Shown here: positions 41,560 to 51,870 of the stretch, piece by piece
Numbering within the stretch: the stretch's first letter is position 1
How the letters are laid out: each line of letters opens with the position of its first letter
NCBI GenBank assembly: GCA_018970465.1
Contig: JAGWWI010000001.1
Coordinates: 3,430 to 67,429, forward strand
Direction of reading: 5' to 3'
From: Patescibacteria group bacterium
Lineage (GTDB): Bacteria; Patescibacteriota; Minisyncoccia; Phycocordibacterales; Phycocordibacteraceae
Length of the DNA: 64,000 bases
Made by a program: the position numbers and the translations under genes
Notes under the pieces: model-generated
The model's database searches: none
Told to the model about the DNA's origin: nothing
Seen by the model: the letters and a program-made list of their open reading frames with translations, nothing else

Positions 41560-42645
41560 ATGCTTTCAAAGAAGGCGTCGGTAGTGCTAGGAGTAACGGC
41601 GATTGTCCTCGTCGGATTGCTTGGAGGCGCGTGGTGGTATGTGCATAAATTTCATACCCCCGCCGCGTCCACTGCAATACAAGACACGACCCTTGCCACG
41701 CTTGCACCGCTTGCGCAACAGGCTAACGTGCTTCTCGCACAGGGTAAGCCAGATCAGGCTGCGGCACTCTTCAAGAATCTCGATCGTTCCCGCCTCGACC
41801 CGCTTCAGCTCGCCTTTGTCGATACGGCGCTCGCCTCGATAACCTACGTGACAGACCGGCACGCCGCGGCTTCGCTTTACGCCGCTATAGGGAGCAGTAC
41901 TGCCTATCCAGCCGTCAGCCGGGCATATGCCTTCGTCGAATTTGCGCGGGACTATTACAATCAAAGCGACCTGTCGCTCGCGGATCCGTTCTTCACGGCA
42001 GGCGAACGTGCGCAGTATCCCACTGTATACACTCGGTATATCGCTCTCCTCAAGCGGAGTTACCTCATATACCCATTTAGTCTCGCGGCATCAGAGATCG
42101 CGAGCAGCGAGATACAGTCGCTCGTCGATCAGTACGGTGCCGCCACAACGACCTCGAGTGAAAAGACACAACTCGCCGCGGCAGCGCTGACTATCGCGAG
42201 CCCGTATATCGCGGCATTCAACAAGTCGATCACCGACATAACGCCGCCGCGGGCAAGCAGCATCCTGCTACCCACCTCCTACCTCTCTAAGGCGGTACTG
42301 CTCAGCAATCTGACGTATATGAAAGCGCCGGTACAGGAGACGCCGGACGCGAGCTTCCTTTCGGCGATAAGCTATGCGCAGAGCCTTGGGATGATAAGGG
42401 CGGAGGGAGGGGCGAGATTCTTTTATGCAGCGTATCTCTCGGGGGAGCCGGGGAAAGCGAGTGATGTTTTACAGCAACTCTCTGACATTGCATCCGATAC
42501 GTCACAAAAGGCCGAGGTACAAGCGTATCTAACTGCACACCCCACAGCTTTCACAACCGGGCGGATATTCGAGAACTTGGCGGCACTTGCAAAGAAAGAC
42601 GTTAAGATAGCGGCGGCGCTGAAAGGTCTCGGCGCCAAGATTTGA
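41560..42645 (+). CDS. Hypothetical membrane-anchored (N-terminal TM) extracytoplasmic protein, 361 aa.
   Basis: Clean ORF with an N-terminal TM helix and an Ala/Ser-rich ectodomain. Followed by a strong terminator. Confidence 0.65.
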   Translation: MLSKKASVVLGVTAIVLVGLLGGAWWYVHKFHTPAASTAIQDTTLATLAPLAQQANVLLAQGKPDQAAALFKNLDRSRLDPLQLAFVDTALASITYVTDRHAAASLYAAIGSSTAYPAVSRAYAFVEFARDYYNQSDLSLADPFFTAGERAQYPTVYTRYIALLKRSYLIYPFSLAASEIASSEIQSLVDQYGAATTTSSEKTQLAAAALTIASPYIAAFNKSITDITPPRASSILLPTSYLSKAVLLSNLTYMKAPVQETPDASFLSAISYAQSLGMIRAEGGARFFYAAYLSGEPGKASDVLQQLSDIASDTSQKAEVQAYLTAHPTAFTTGRIFENLAALAKKDVKIAAALKGLGAKI

Positions 42646-42662
42646 GCAGGTACTGAAATAGG

Positions 42663-42691
42663 AAGCCCCCGGATCAAGGATCCGGGGGCTT
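42663..42691. terminator. Bidirectional intrinsic terminator between convergent genes.
   Basis: Perfect 13-bp stem aagcccccggatc / gatccgggggctt with a 3-nt loop. Confidence 0.75.
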
Positions 42692-42714
42692 CTTGGGCGT
42701 CGGAGGTGCGACAG

Positions 42715-43278
42715 TTACGCGATGCCACCGGTTTCGACCGGGACCTTCGCGATCGGCCCGTTGGCGTTCATCCAAGCGGGCCACCCGCCACGGTACCAGT
42801 AGACGTTCTGGTATCCGAGTTTCAGGGCCCGCAGGGCCGCATTGTAGGAAAGCCAGCAATGCGGGCCGCCGCAGTAAAACACCACGGGCCGGTAGCGGTT
42901 GTTGCTCGTCGCTTCGCCCAGCATCTGGGCAAAGCGCTGGTCATACGCGGTGCCGTAGAGGCCGGCTTCCGGCCACCAATGGCCGCCCTGCACCACCATT
43001 CCGAAGTGGAAGGTCGTATTGGTGCGGACGTCGACAACGAGAGGCGGCTTGCTCGAGGAGAGCATCTCCCCGAGCTGGCTCGTCACGATAACGGCCCGGA
43101 TTCCGGGGATGGTCAGAGGCGTTGCCGCCTCGTAGTCGCCCGTACGGAGTTGGGACGTCGGCGGGACGCCGAAGTCCTCGGTCTCCGCCCGGGAGTTGCT
43201 CAAAGCCAGGCCCGCAATGGCGGGAACAGCAAAGAGCAGCAGCAGGGTAGCAGCTAGAACGCCTTTCATTGCACGCAT
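42715..43278 (-). CDS. Secreted rhodanese-like domain protein (sulfurtransferase fold; the YCGG-PHCW active-site region is atypical).
   Basis: Signal peptide ...AVPAIAGLA. Rhodanese-fold blocks LVVDVRT...F..GH...A and VVFYCGGPHCWLS (Cys loop). The start is the M5 ATG of the track ORF. Confidence 0.6.
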   Translation of the reverse strand: MRAMKGVLAATLLLLFAVPAIAGLALSNSRAETEDFGVPPTSQLRTGDYEAATPLTIPGIRAVIVTSQLGEMLSSSKPPLVVDVRTNTTFHFGMVVQGGHWWPEAGLYGTAYDQRFAQMLGEATSNNRYRPVVFYCGGPHCWLSYNAALRALKLGYQNVYWYRGGWPAWMNANGPIAKVPVETGGIA

Positions 43279-43436
43279 AGCTTCCTCCATAGAACTGCAG
43301 CCTAAGGGACCAGGCCGCTCCTAGCTCATCTTTTAGCACACTATTGAAATAATTGCAAGCCCCCTGTGGACAACTTGCGCGGGCCCTCTGGGTATGGCAT
43401 TCTCCTGCCAGGTCCAAACTGAACAGGAGACATGCC

Positions 43437-43721
43437 ATGAGAGGCATCAGTTTAGCGGCAGCAGCCCTGGTCTGCGGCTTCACAGCCGCAATTGCTGGGC
43501 AGCCGAGCGTCGTCGAGCTCCAGGGGTACCTGGCTCCTGGCACGCTCGTATGCAGCCAGACGCGCTGCTTCCGTACGGCGCAGGAGGCATCGGTTGCTTT
43601 CTTCGCCTTCGACGGGCGCGTTAGCCCGCAGGTGTGGTTCGCCCGGCCAGCGCGGGTGGGTCGGGACTTCCAGTGCGTCCCGCTCTATCTTGGCAATGAG
43701 ACACGGTCCGCGACGAGCTGA
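43437..43721 (+). CDS. Small hypothetical secreted protein (94 aa; signal peptide, 3 Cys).
   Basis: SD CAGGAGA 6 nt upstream of the in-frame ATG. The product is MRGISLAAAALVCGFTAAIAGQP.... Confidence 0.5.
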   Translation: MRGISLAAAALVCGFTAAIAGQPSVVELQGYLAPGTLVCSQTRCFRTAQEASVAFFAFDGRVSPQVWFARPARVGRDFQCVPLYLGNETRSATS

Positions 43722-43816
43722 ACATCGTCACCCAACAACTCCGGAAGCCCGCCTCGCGCGGGCCTCCACATTTTAGCTCAAGGGCCGCGTATCGCGAATG
43801 CTATAGTTGCGCGTAT

Positions 43817-44512
43817 ATGCATGCGGTGCGCGGCTGGATGCTCTTTGTGACAGCTTTCCTCTTTGCTGTGGTAGCTGCTTGCATCGTTCTGACGCTTTCT
43901 TTCGGGTGGATCGGGCGTTCGTCTGCGTCGATCGCCGCCACGTTGCCGCCGCAGCTTGTTGTGACGGGAACCGACCACTCCCGCGGAAGCGCGGCGGCAC
44001 CAGTAACGCTCATAGAATACGCCGATACGGAGTGCGAATTTTGTAAGCGGCTCGAGCCTGTGCTCGATACGCTGTATACTTGGTATGGCCCGACCGGGCA
44101 GGTGCGCTTCGTCTACCGCTATTTCCCGCTTGGCCTATGGAGCGACTCGACGCCGGAGGCGGAGGCGCTTGAGTGCGCTGCGCGTGCTGGAGGCGATACG
44201 GCCTTCTTCGCGTATCTCGACGCTCTTTTTACTGCGACCGCCTCGAATAACGGCCTCGATCTCGCGCGCCTGCCCTCATTGGCAAGCAGCGTTGGCCTAA
44301 ACGCCGGTGCCTTTGCTAAGTGCCAGGCTTCGGCAGGGGAGCTATCGCCGGCTATCGAACGGGACGTCGCTAGCGGCAAGGCGCTCGGCGTCTCCCAGGC
44401 CCCGGCACTCTTTATTGTTGCGGCGGGTGGGCACGTAACAAGGATTGTGGGGAGCAGGAGCTTGCCGGTCCTCGACTCGGTCATCAAGGCCGCGCTCGCT
44501 CCTGCGCCATGA
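43817..44512 (+). CDS. DsbA-family thiol:disulfide oxidoreductase, second copy.
   Basis: N-terminal TM, active-site CEFC in YADTECEFCKRL, and thioredoxin-fold spacing. Confidence 0.8.
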   Translation: MHAVRGWMLFVTAFLFAVVAACIVLTLSFGWIGRSSASIAATLPPQLVVTGTDHSRGSAAAPVTLIEYADTECEFCKRLEPVLDTLYTWYGPTGQVRFVYRYFPLGLWSDSTPEAEALECAARAGGDTAFFAYLDALFTATASNNGLDLARLPSLASSVGLNAGAFAKCQASAGELSPAIERDVASGKALGVSQAPALFIVAAGGHVTRIVGSRSLPVLDSVIKAALAPAP

Positions 44513-45039
44513 TCCGTCTCGGCCGCATCGGGTCAGTGCCTATACACGCGCGCGACGCCAGCGTCGGTGGCGTGGTCGCTATTTTATCTATCCTGTGCGT
44601 TGCGTATATGCCGAATGTGGATGCGCTCCGGCTCGTACTCATGTCCGGCTTGCCGGTGAGCGCCAAGGCCGTAGCTTTTGTACATCCCGCGTTTGGTATC
44701 CGAGCCCAATACGGCGTCGTTCAAATGTGGTTCATAATCTTGAACGCGCTTCTTCTGGGCGTCAATGCTGCATTGATTTCGAGTTTTATCGCCGCTCGAT
44801 TCTTCGTCCCTGGCAGGCAGATCGCCTCAAGTTTTGGGGCATTCGTCGCGGCGACAGTCGGTCTCGGCTGCGCGTCTTGCGGGGCAGCGCTCGGCTCATT
44901 CTTGGTTGCTTTATTCGGGAGCGGTTCGTCGGTACTCGTGCCGGATATCGGGTTGTTGCTTAACATGTGCGCCTCTCTCGCATATGTCGGATCAATCGCG
45001 CTTATCATCGCGCAGATGCGCAAGCCGGCCGTGTGTTAG
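44509..45039 (+). CDS. Integral membrane protein with a CxxC motif. It is translationally coupled to the dsbA-like gene, and may be a DsbB/VKOR-like redox partner.
   Basis: ATGA overlap with the DsbA-like gene. About 5 TM helices, and GLGCASCGAALG in a loop. Confidence 0.5.
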   Translation: MIRLGRIGSVPIHARDASVGGVVAILSILCVAYMPNVDALRLVLMSGLPVSAKAVAFVHPAFGIRAQYGVVQMWFIILNALLLGVNAALISSFIAARFFVPGRQIASSFGAFVAATVGLGCASCGAALGSFLVALFGSGSSVLVPDIGLLLNMCASLAYVGSIALIIAQMRKPAVC

Positions 45040-45043
45040 ATGT

Positions 45044-45859
45044 ATGCTGAAGCCTATGCGGATCCGCAAGAAGGGAATAGCGCTAGCGCTTGTTTGTGGT
45101 ATGTTCGCGATCTCTCTCGGCGCATACCCTTTCTGGTCTGCCGTTCCTGCTCGCTTCGCCTGGGCGCACGGCTACCACGCCGCCGCCTATTATTTGAACC
45201 ACACGGATGCGAATCTTGCGCTCGAAGAAGGACATTATTACTTTGGCGTTGGCGCGTACGATCTTGGAAAGGCGGCAGGAGCGTTCAAGCTCGCGCTCCG
45301 GCTCGACCCCGCTGCGCTCCTTGCGCATTATGAGCTTGGCCGCATCTACTACGTCGAGGGCAACCTCGCCGCGGCCTATCGGGAAATGAATGCGGAGCTC
45401 ACTGCGAATCCGGGCGACTTCCGCGCCTTTTATGAGCGCGGACTCATAGATGCCAGCCAAGGCGACCTCTCAAGTGCCGAAGCGGACTTCAAAATCTTTA
45501 TCCCGCATGCGCCTGCGGAGTGGGGTGGCTACAACGATCTGGCGTTCGTGCTTGCACAAGAAGGCAGGTATGCCGAATCGGAGGCTGTGGCCAGGGAGGG
45601 AATGCAGAAGGTCCCCGGTGGCGCAGATATCCCCTGGTTGTGGAATTCTCTCGGCCTTGCGCAGCTGAATGCGCTACAGTACGAGGGAGCGCGGGCATCC
45701 TTCGAGCAGGCACTCGCGCTCGCCAATCACCTCACGACCGCAGAGTGGCAGCGTGCCTATTCAGCTAATGACCCCACCGCCGCCAAGCAAAGCATAGCCA
45801 ATTTTCAAAACGCGATACGAGCTAATCTCTCCATGGCACAAGCAGGCAGCACTCCATGA
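45044..45859 (+). CDS. Tetratricopeptide-repeat (TPR) protein with an N-terminal membrane anchor.
   Basis: Repeated W/L-G-Y-A-F-P helical-pair pattern (AAAYREMNAELTANPGDFRAFYERGLIDASQGDLSSAEADF..., YNDLAFVLAQEGRYAESEAV..., WNSLGLAQLNALQYEGARASFEQAL). Confidence 0.7.
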   Translation: MLKPMRIRKKGIALALVCGMFAISLGAYPFWSAVPARFAWAHGYHAAAYYLNHTDANLALEEGHYYFGVGAYDLGKAAGAFKLALRLDPAALLAHYELGRIYYVEGNLAAAYREMNAELTANPGDFRAFYERGLIDASQGDLSSAEADFKIFIPHAPAEWGGYNDLAFVLAQEGRYAESEAVAREGMQKVPGGADIPWLWNSLGLAQLNALQYEGARASFEQALALANHLTTAEWQRAYSANDPTAAKQSIANFQNAIRANLSMAQAGSTP

Positions 45860-45863
45860 TCAC

Positions 45864-47948
45864 ATGATTACGCACCGCGCTCATTTCGCGCACCAACTAG
45901 TTAGATTTTCGAAGAGATACCCCGTATCCCTATCGGCGGCTGGTATCGCCGTACTCGTGCTAGTCGGAAGCCTTGTTTTTACTGGACGTGCTCCCGCACG
46001 CGCACCTCTCACGCTCGCTCCCACCCGGGTCGGCCTCGGCGAGGGCGTCCCCGCCTGCTATAGCAGCACCGGACCAACTTGCGACGGCAGCGGCAATACG
46101 GCTATACCATTTAACTGGGATGAGTGCGGCGGACAGTCGTTCAATGTCGAAGTCGATTTCTATCACTACGACAACAACACTTTCGGCAGCGCGATATTTC
46201 AGCAAACCGAGCCATGTTCGGGAGGTTTTAATCTCATTCAACCCACTACTCCCGGGCAGCAATATATCGCGACAGTAAGCTATCCGGCGGGCCAGCCGGG
46301 GAGTCAGGTGTGCCCGGTAGGGCGCTCGGCCGCCTGCCTTGACTCCTACGTGTTCAGCGCGCCGAACCCCGCGTGCCCCGCGTCCGCGCCGCCGAGCTGT
46401 TCGATGTCCTTCAGCCCCTCGACGACGGGAGTGAACGAGAACAGCACATTCTCCTGGTCGACCGCGAACGCCACTTACTTTACGACCGACGTGTATGGAA
46501 ATCTTCCACTCTCAGGCTCCTTCGCGGGTGCCCACAGCGGCCAAACCCTCACGATCCACGGCACGGTGACTGGCGCCGGCGGGTCGAGCACCTGTAGCGC
46601 GACACTCACGGTTGTGCCGCCTGCGGCCATTTCCGGCACCATCACCGCGACCTCCTGTACCATCCCGGCTGGGCAAGGGAGCTGCGGCATAGCCGACAGC
46701 TGGGCCGCGCAGAACACGCAGTACACCGACGGGCAGCCTCTGACCCAGGTCAATGTCTACCAGAACGGCAGTCTCTACGGCGGCGCAGCGCAGCAGGGCT
46801 ACAACTGGACCAATACGCGCTCGAACAGCGGCTCCTATACCTTCACCCTCCCGCCCGGCACCTACGATATGGCGCTCTACGGCTATAGCGGCTCGACCGC
46901 CGTCGAGCTCGACGACAAGACCGCGACTGCCGCCTGTGCCGCCGGCACCAACTGGGACCCAGGAAGCAGCACCTGCAAGGCGCAACAACAAGTGCCGAAT
47001 GGCGGGAACGTCACCGGGAACTTCGAATCGGCCAATTGCTCCGCGCTCACTGGATGGGCGTTCGACGGCAACAGTTCGAGCGCCTCGATCGACGTACAGG
47101 TTTATACGCAGGGCAGCTGCGGCGTCGGCTGCAGCTGCATCGGGGCCTGCAACTACATCGGCCAATATTCGACTGACGTCTACCGTGGCGACGTCAACAG
47201 CGCCTTCGGCATTAGCGGCAACCACGGCTTCTCGATCCCGCTCCCGGACGCGTTCAAGGATGGGGGGACGTATCAGGTGAACGTCTACGGCGTCGCCGCC
47301 GATAACTCGGGCAGGCGCTCGATCGGTAACGATCCGCTCACGGTAAGCGGCTGCACCGTGCCGCCGACCGTATCGCTCACGGCCGATGGACAGAGCTCTC
47401 TCGCGCTCACCTCGCCGGGCCAGAATTACACGCTCGCGTGGAGCTCGGCCCACGCGACCTCCTGCACCATGACCGACAACCGGACCGACGGCTACCCGGA
47501 CGACGCGCCCTGGAACGCCGGCCTCTCGGGCTCCGCGCAGTCCGGCCTCCTCGGGAGCTACACCTATACGTGCACCGGCCCGGGCGGGAGCGCATCGGCG
47601 ACGGCAACGATAACCGGGAGCAGCAACTCTCCGAACGGCGGCGGAGGCGGCAATAGCTGCGGCGCGCCCTCGGCGACCATTAGCGCGACGCCGAGCCGCA
47701 TCTCGGGCTCCTCGGGCCAGGCGCAGATCTCCTGGAGCGGCTCCGGCGTCTCGAGCTCCTGCGTGGTCACGGCGAACGGCGCAACTATCAAGACGGATAC
47801 GGCCTCGAGCTGCGCTGTGGCGCCTGACCAGCTCACGGAGACCGTGAGCCAGCAGACCAAGTACTGCATCTCCTGCGACGGCGCGACCTCGGGCGACGGC
47901 TACAAGTGCGTCCTCGTGAACGTCGGCAACCAGTTCATCCACTTCTAG
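45864..47948 (+). CDS. Large secreted Cys/Gly/Ser/Thr-rich repeat protein, paralogous in part to 62927..>64000.
   Basis: N-terminal TM/signal. About 50 Cys. A domain [75 protein letters not shown] is shared with the edge gene, as is a C-terminal ...[24 protein letters not shown] block. Confidence 0.7.
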   Translation: MITHRAHFAHQLVRFSKRYPVSLSAAGIAVLVLVGSLVFTGRAPARAPLTLAPTRVGLGEGVPACYSSTGPTCDGSGNTAIPFNWDECGGQSFNVEVDFYHYDNNTFGSAIFQQTEPCSGGFNLIQPTTPGQQYIATVSYPAGQPGSQVCPVGRSAACLDSYVFSAPNPACPASAPPSCSMSFSPSTTGVNENSTFSWSTANATYFTTDVYGNLPLSGSFAGAHSGQTLTIHGTVTGAGGSSTCSATLTVVPPAAISGTITATSCTIPAGQGSCGIADSWAAQNTQYTDGQPLTQVNVYQNGSLYGGAAQQGYNWTNTRSNSGSYTFTLPPGTYDMALYGYSGSTAVELDDKTATAACAAGTNWDPGSSTCKAQQQVPNGGNVTGNFESANCSALTGWAFDGNSSSASIDVQVYTQGSCGVGCSCIGACNYIGQYSTDVYRGDVNSAFGISGNHGFSIPLPDAFKDGGTYQVNVYGVAADNSGRRSIGNDPLTVSGCTVPPTVSLTADGQSSLALTSPGQNYTLAWSSAHATSCTMTDNRTDGYPDDAPWNAGLSGSAQSGLLGSYTYTCTGPGGSASATATITGSSNSPNGGGGGNSCGAPSATISATPSRISGSSGQAQISWSGSGVSSSCVVTANGATIKTDTASSCAVAPDQLTETVSQQTKYCISCDGATSGDGYKCVLVNVGNQFIHF

Positions 47949-47992
47949 CTCCCGTTTGCGCCGCGCCTTCGCGCGTGGTATCCTCCGGCCTA

Positions 47993-48241
47993 ATGAAGAA
48001 GGACATCCATCCGGCAGGCTACCGCCCGGTCGTCTTCGAAGATCTCGCCTCCGGCGAGCGCTTCGTGATCGGCTCCACGATCCGCGCCGCCGAGACGGTC
48101 ACCGAGGGCGGCGTCGAATACCCGAAGGTCGCGGTCGAAATCTCTTCCAAGAGCCACCCCTTCTACACGGGCGAGGACCGCGTCCTCGACAAGGCCGGCC
48201 GCGTCGAGAAGTTCAAGGCGCGCGCCGCTAAGAAGAAGTAA
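47993..48241 (+). CDS. rpmE: 50S ribosomal protein L31.
   Basis: [32 protein letters not shown]...[13 protein letters not shown]: the L31 signature (DIHP, SHPFYTG). This is the non-Zn-ribbon (B-type-like) form. Confidence 0.9.
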   Translation: MKKDIHPAGYRPVVFEDLASGERFVIGSTIRAAETVTEGGVEYPKVAVEISSKSHPFYTGEDRVLDKAGRVEKFKARAAKKK

Positions 48242-48302
48242 ACAGTAGACAGAAACCAGTACACAGGACAGTGCCAATGAGCAGCTGTCTGCTGTAGACT
48301 GT

Positions 48303-49271
<969 letters not shown>

Positions 49272-49313
49272 CGGCTTGCCGAGCGCGGCCCGCTAAGGTA
49301 CAGTACGCCAATC

Positions 49314-50012
49314 ATGGCAGCAGCCACCGGAGCAGACGTCGAGCGCCTCTTCAACGCGGGGGCGCATTTCGCGCAGGCCAAGAGCCGCCGCCACCCCTCG
49401 ATGAAGCCCTACCTCGCGGGCGCCAAGGGCCGCCAGGGGATCATCGACCTCGCGCAGACCGAGGCGCAGCTCGAGGCCGCGAAGGGCGCGCTCGCGACCC
49501 TCGCGCGGGAGGGGAAGACCGCGCTCTTCGTCGGCGGCAAGACGGAGATCGCGGGCGAAGTGTCCGCTATCGCGAAGCGCCTCGGCGCTCCGTACGTCGC
49601 CGGCCGCTGGCTCGGCGGCACGATCAGTAATTGGCCCGAGATCAAGAAGCGCGTCGACCGACTCGCGACCCTCGCCGAGGAGCGCGCCTCGGGCGCCGCG
49701 AGCCGCGCCGGCCGGACGAAGCTCGAGCTCGTCCTCCTCGAGCGCGAGGAGAAGCGGCTCGCCGAGCGCCTCGGCGGCCTCGTCTCGCTCGCGAAGCGCC
49801 CCGACGCGCTCGTCGTCGTCGACACGCGCCACGAGAAGCACGCGGTCAAGGAGGCGAAGGACGCGGGCATCCCGATCGTCGCCATCATGAGCTCGGACTG
49901 CAATATCGCCGACGCGGCGTATCCGATCGTCGCGAACGACGCCTCCCGCGAGACGGTGCGCCTCATCCTCGGCGAGCTCGCCGCCGCCTTCGAGGAGGGC
50001 CGGCGCGGCTAG
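49314..50012 (+). CDS. rpsB: 30S ribosomal protein S2.
   Basis: LFNAGAHFAQAKSRRHPSMKPYLAGAKGRQGIIDLAQT: the conserved S2 N-terminus. Followed by tsf. Confidence 0.9.
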   Translation: MAAATGADVERLFNAGAHFAQAKSRRHPSMKPYLAGAKGRQGIIDLAQTEAQLEAAKGALATLAREGKTALFVGGKTEIAGEVSAIAKRLGAPYVAGRWLGGTISNWPEIKKRVDRLATLAEERASGAASRAGRTKLELVLLEREEKRLAERLGGLVSLAKRPDALVVVDTRHEKHAVKEAKDAGIPIVAIMSSDCNIADAAYPIVANDASRETVRLILGELAAAFEEGRRG

Positions 50013-50133
50013 TCGGCCTCGACAGGAGCGGCGATTTTGCGCTCCTTCGGTTCCGGTCACCAGTCGCAGCAAAACCGCCGCTCCTGCCTCGGCTCTCGCC
50101 CCCAGATTTTAGTGGTACAATAGATTTCGTCAC

Positions 50134-50715
50134 ATGGAACTCACGACCGATCTCATAAAAGAATTGCGCGATAAGACCGGCGTCTCGGTCATGCAGTGCA
50201 AGAAGGCTCTGGAGGAGGCGGGCGGCGACCTCGCGCAGGCCGAGGTCATCCTCCGCAAGCGTTCTGCCGCCTCGGCGGAGAAGAAGGCCGATCGGGTCCT
50301 CGCCGCCGGCGTGATCGGCACCTACGTCCACGACGGCGCCATCGGCGCGATGGTCGTCCTCTCCTCGGAGACGGACTTCGTCGCGAAGAATCCGGAGTTC
50401 GCTGTCCTTGCGCGCGAAGTCGCGATGCAGGTGGCGGCGACCGCGCCCCTCTATGCGCGTACGGAGGACATCCCGGAGGATAAGCGCGAAGCGGCGCTCG
50501 CCGTCTTCGCCAAGGAGGTCGAGGGGAAGCCGGAGGCGATGAAGGAGCAGATCCTCGCGGGCAAGATGGCGAGCTTCTTCCGCGACCAGGTGCTCCTCGA
50601 GAGCCCGTATATCAAGGACGAAGCGAAGACGGTGCGCGACCTCTTGAACGAAGCGACGCAGAAGTTCGGCGAGCGGGTCGAAGTCTCGGCCTTCTCCCGA
50701 CTCTCCGTCCGCTAA
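50134..50715 (+). CDS. tsf: Elongation factor Ts (short form).
   Basis: N-terminal UBA-like region LIKELRDKTGVSVMQCKKALEEAGGDLAQAEVILRK, and the EF-Ts core DFVAKNPEF. Confidence 0.9.
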   Translation: MELTTDLIKELRDKTGVSVMQCKKALEEAGGDLAQAEVILRKRSAASAEKKADRVLAAGVIGTYVHDGAIGAMVVLSSETDFVAKNPEFAVLAREVAMQVAATAPLYARTEDIPEDKREAALAVFAKEVEGKPEAMKEQILAGKMASFFRDQVLLESPYIKDEAKTVRDLLNEATQKFGERVEVSAFSRLSVR

Positions 50716-50718
50716 GCC

Positions 50719-51120
50719 ATGTACTTCATCGCCTTCGCGCTTCTCCTCCTCGTTGCCTACGGCGCAGTGCTCGTGGTCGAGGCGCGCCGGGGCGCGCGCT
50801 TCTTCGCGCCCTACCGCGAGGCGCTCGACCGAGCTGCTTCGCAGGCGCGATTCGTCGTGCTGCATATCGACTTCGCCTCATTCGCCCGCGAGGAGTCGGC
50901 GCGTGCCGCGCGGTATCTCATGCACGAATCCGCGCACCTCGCGCTGCAGGCCGTGCGCGCGATCGAGCGCTTCCTGACCCGGATCGTGAAGCGCCTCCGG
51001 CTCCACCCGGAGGCGCCCGTCTCGCCCGCGGGCGAATCCGCGCGCCAGTTCGTCCGCGCGCTCTCCGACCTCAAGGTGGAGCTCTCGACATCCCGGCGGG
51101 AGATGCGTGAGGTTCGCTAG
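50719..51120 (+). CDS. Hypothetical membrane-anchored protein (133 aa).
   Basis: N-terminal TM followed by an Arg/Ala-rich helical region. The stop is 1 nt from the tRNA. Confidence 0.45.
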   Translation: MYFIAFALLLLVAYGAVLVVEARRGARFFAPYREALDRAASQARFVVLHIDFASFAREESARAARYLMHESAHLALQAVRAIERFLTRIVKRLRLHPEAPVSPAGESARQFVRALSDLKVELSTSRREMREVR

Positions 51121-51121
51121 C

Positions 51122-51195
51122 GCCGCCTTAGCTCAGCTGGTTAGAGCAGCCGATTTGTAATCGGCAGGTCCTCGGTTCGAATCCGAGAGGCGGCT
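51122..51195 (+). tRNA. tRNA-Thr (anticodon UGU).
   Basis: Cloverleaf: acceptor GCCGCCT/AGGCGGC, D-arm GCTC-AGCTGGTTA-GAGC, anticodon stem GCCGA/TCGGC with loop TTTGTAA, short variable loop AGGTC, T-arm CTCGG-TTCGAAT-CCGAG, discriminator T. CCA is not encoded. Confidence 0.85.
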
Positions 51196-51866
51196 CAAGA
51201 GCCTTTCGAGGTGCTCGTCGCGAGCGCGCTCTTCGGGAAGCGCTTCTCGAGGTCGGCGAGGGTGGTGAAGCCGTAGCTCGCCTTGCCGTTAATCACGATC
51301 GCGGGGAAAGAGGGTTGAATTTTCTCGATCCCGATCAGGGTCGACAGGGCGCCCAAAGAGAGGTGATAGTCGAAGGAGTAGACCCGGAGCGCGGGGTAGG
51401 TATCGCGCAGATACGAGAGCGCGTAGCCGGCCTTGTCGCAGTCGGGGCACTCGCCCGGGGTGTTGCTGTAGAAGTAGAGCACGGTGACCGGCTTCTCGTC
51501 GCACTCCTTCGCGAGCTCCTCGGTCGCGAGGTAGTCGCGTATCTCGAGGAGGGAGTACTGCTGCTTGAGGCGGACCACCTGCGCATTCTCCGAGCCGAGC
51601 TGGTTCTCGGTGTAGGCGAGGCGGTTGCCGAGGTCGGTCAATTCGCCCGTGAGGTCGGTCGAGGATGCGGTCGACTCGCAAGGCGCGTTCGCGAGGAGGG
51701 AGAACTGCGTATCGAGGGAGAGCGTGTCAATCGAGAGCTGGTCCTCGATCGCCTGGAGGTCCGCGACGCGCTCTCGGTTGAGGTAGTCGACCGCGTAGAC
51801 GACCGTGCCGACGATGGCGCCGGTGATCGCGAGCGCGATGAGGGCGTTCCGTACGAAGAGCGGCAT
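51195..51866 (-). CDS. Membrane-anchored thioredoxin-like protein (CxxC), hypothetical.
   Basis: N-terminal TM and a coiled-coil-like segment. The C-terminal region VLYFYSNTPGECPDCDKAGYAL has a CPDC motif with thioredoxin-fold-like spacing. Confidence 0.5.
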   Translation of the reverse strand: MPLFVRNALIALAITGAIVGTVVYAVDYLNRERVADLQAIEDQLSIDTLSLDTQFSLLANAPCESTASSTDLTGELTDLGNRLAYTENQLGSENAQVVRLKQQYSLLEIRDYLATEELAKECDEKPVTVLYFYSNTPGECPDCDKAGYALSYLRDTYPALRVYSFDYHLSLGALSTLIGIEKIQPSFPAIVINGKASYGFTTLADLEKRFPKSALATSTSKGS

Positions 51867-51870
51867 ACGC

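Noticed and set aside
46512-47942. 476-aa minus-strand ORF.
   Set aside because: Antisense to the Cys-rich secreted protein gene.
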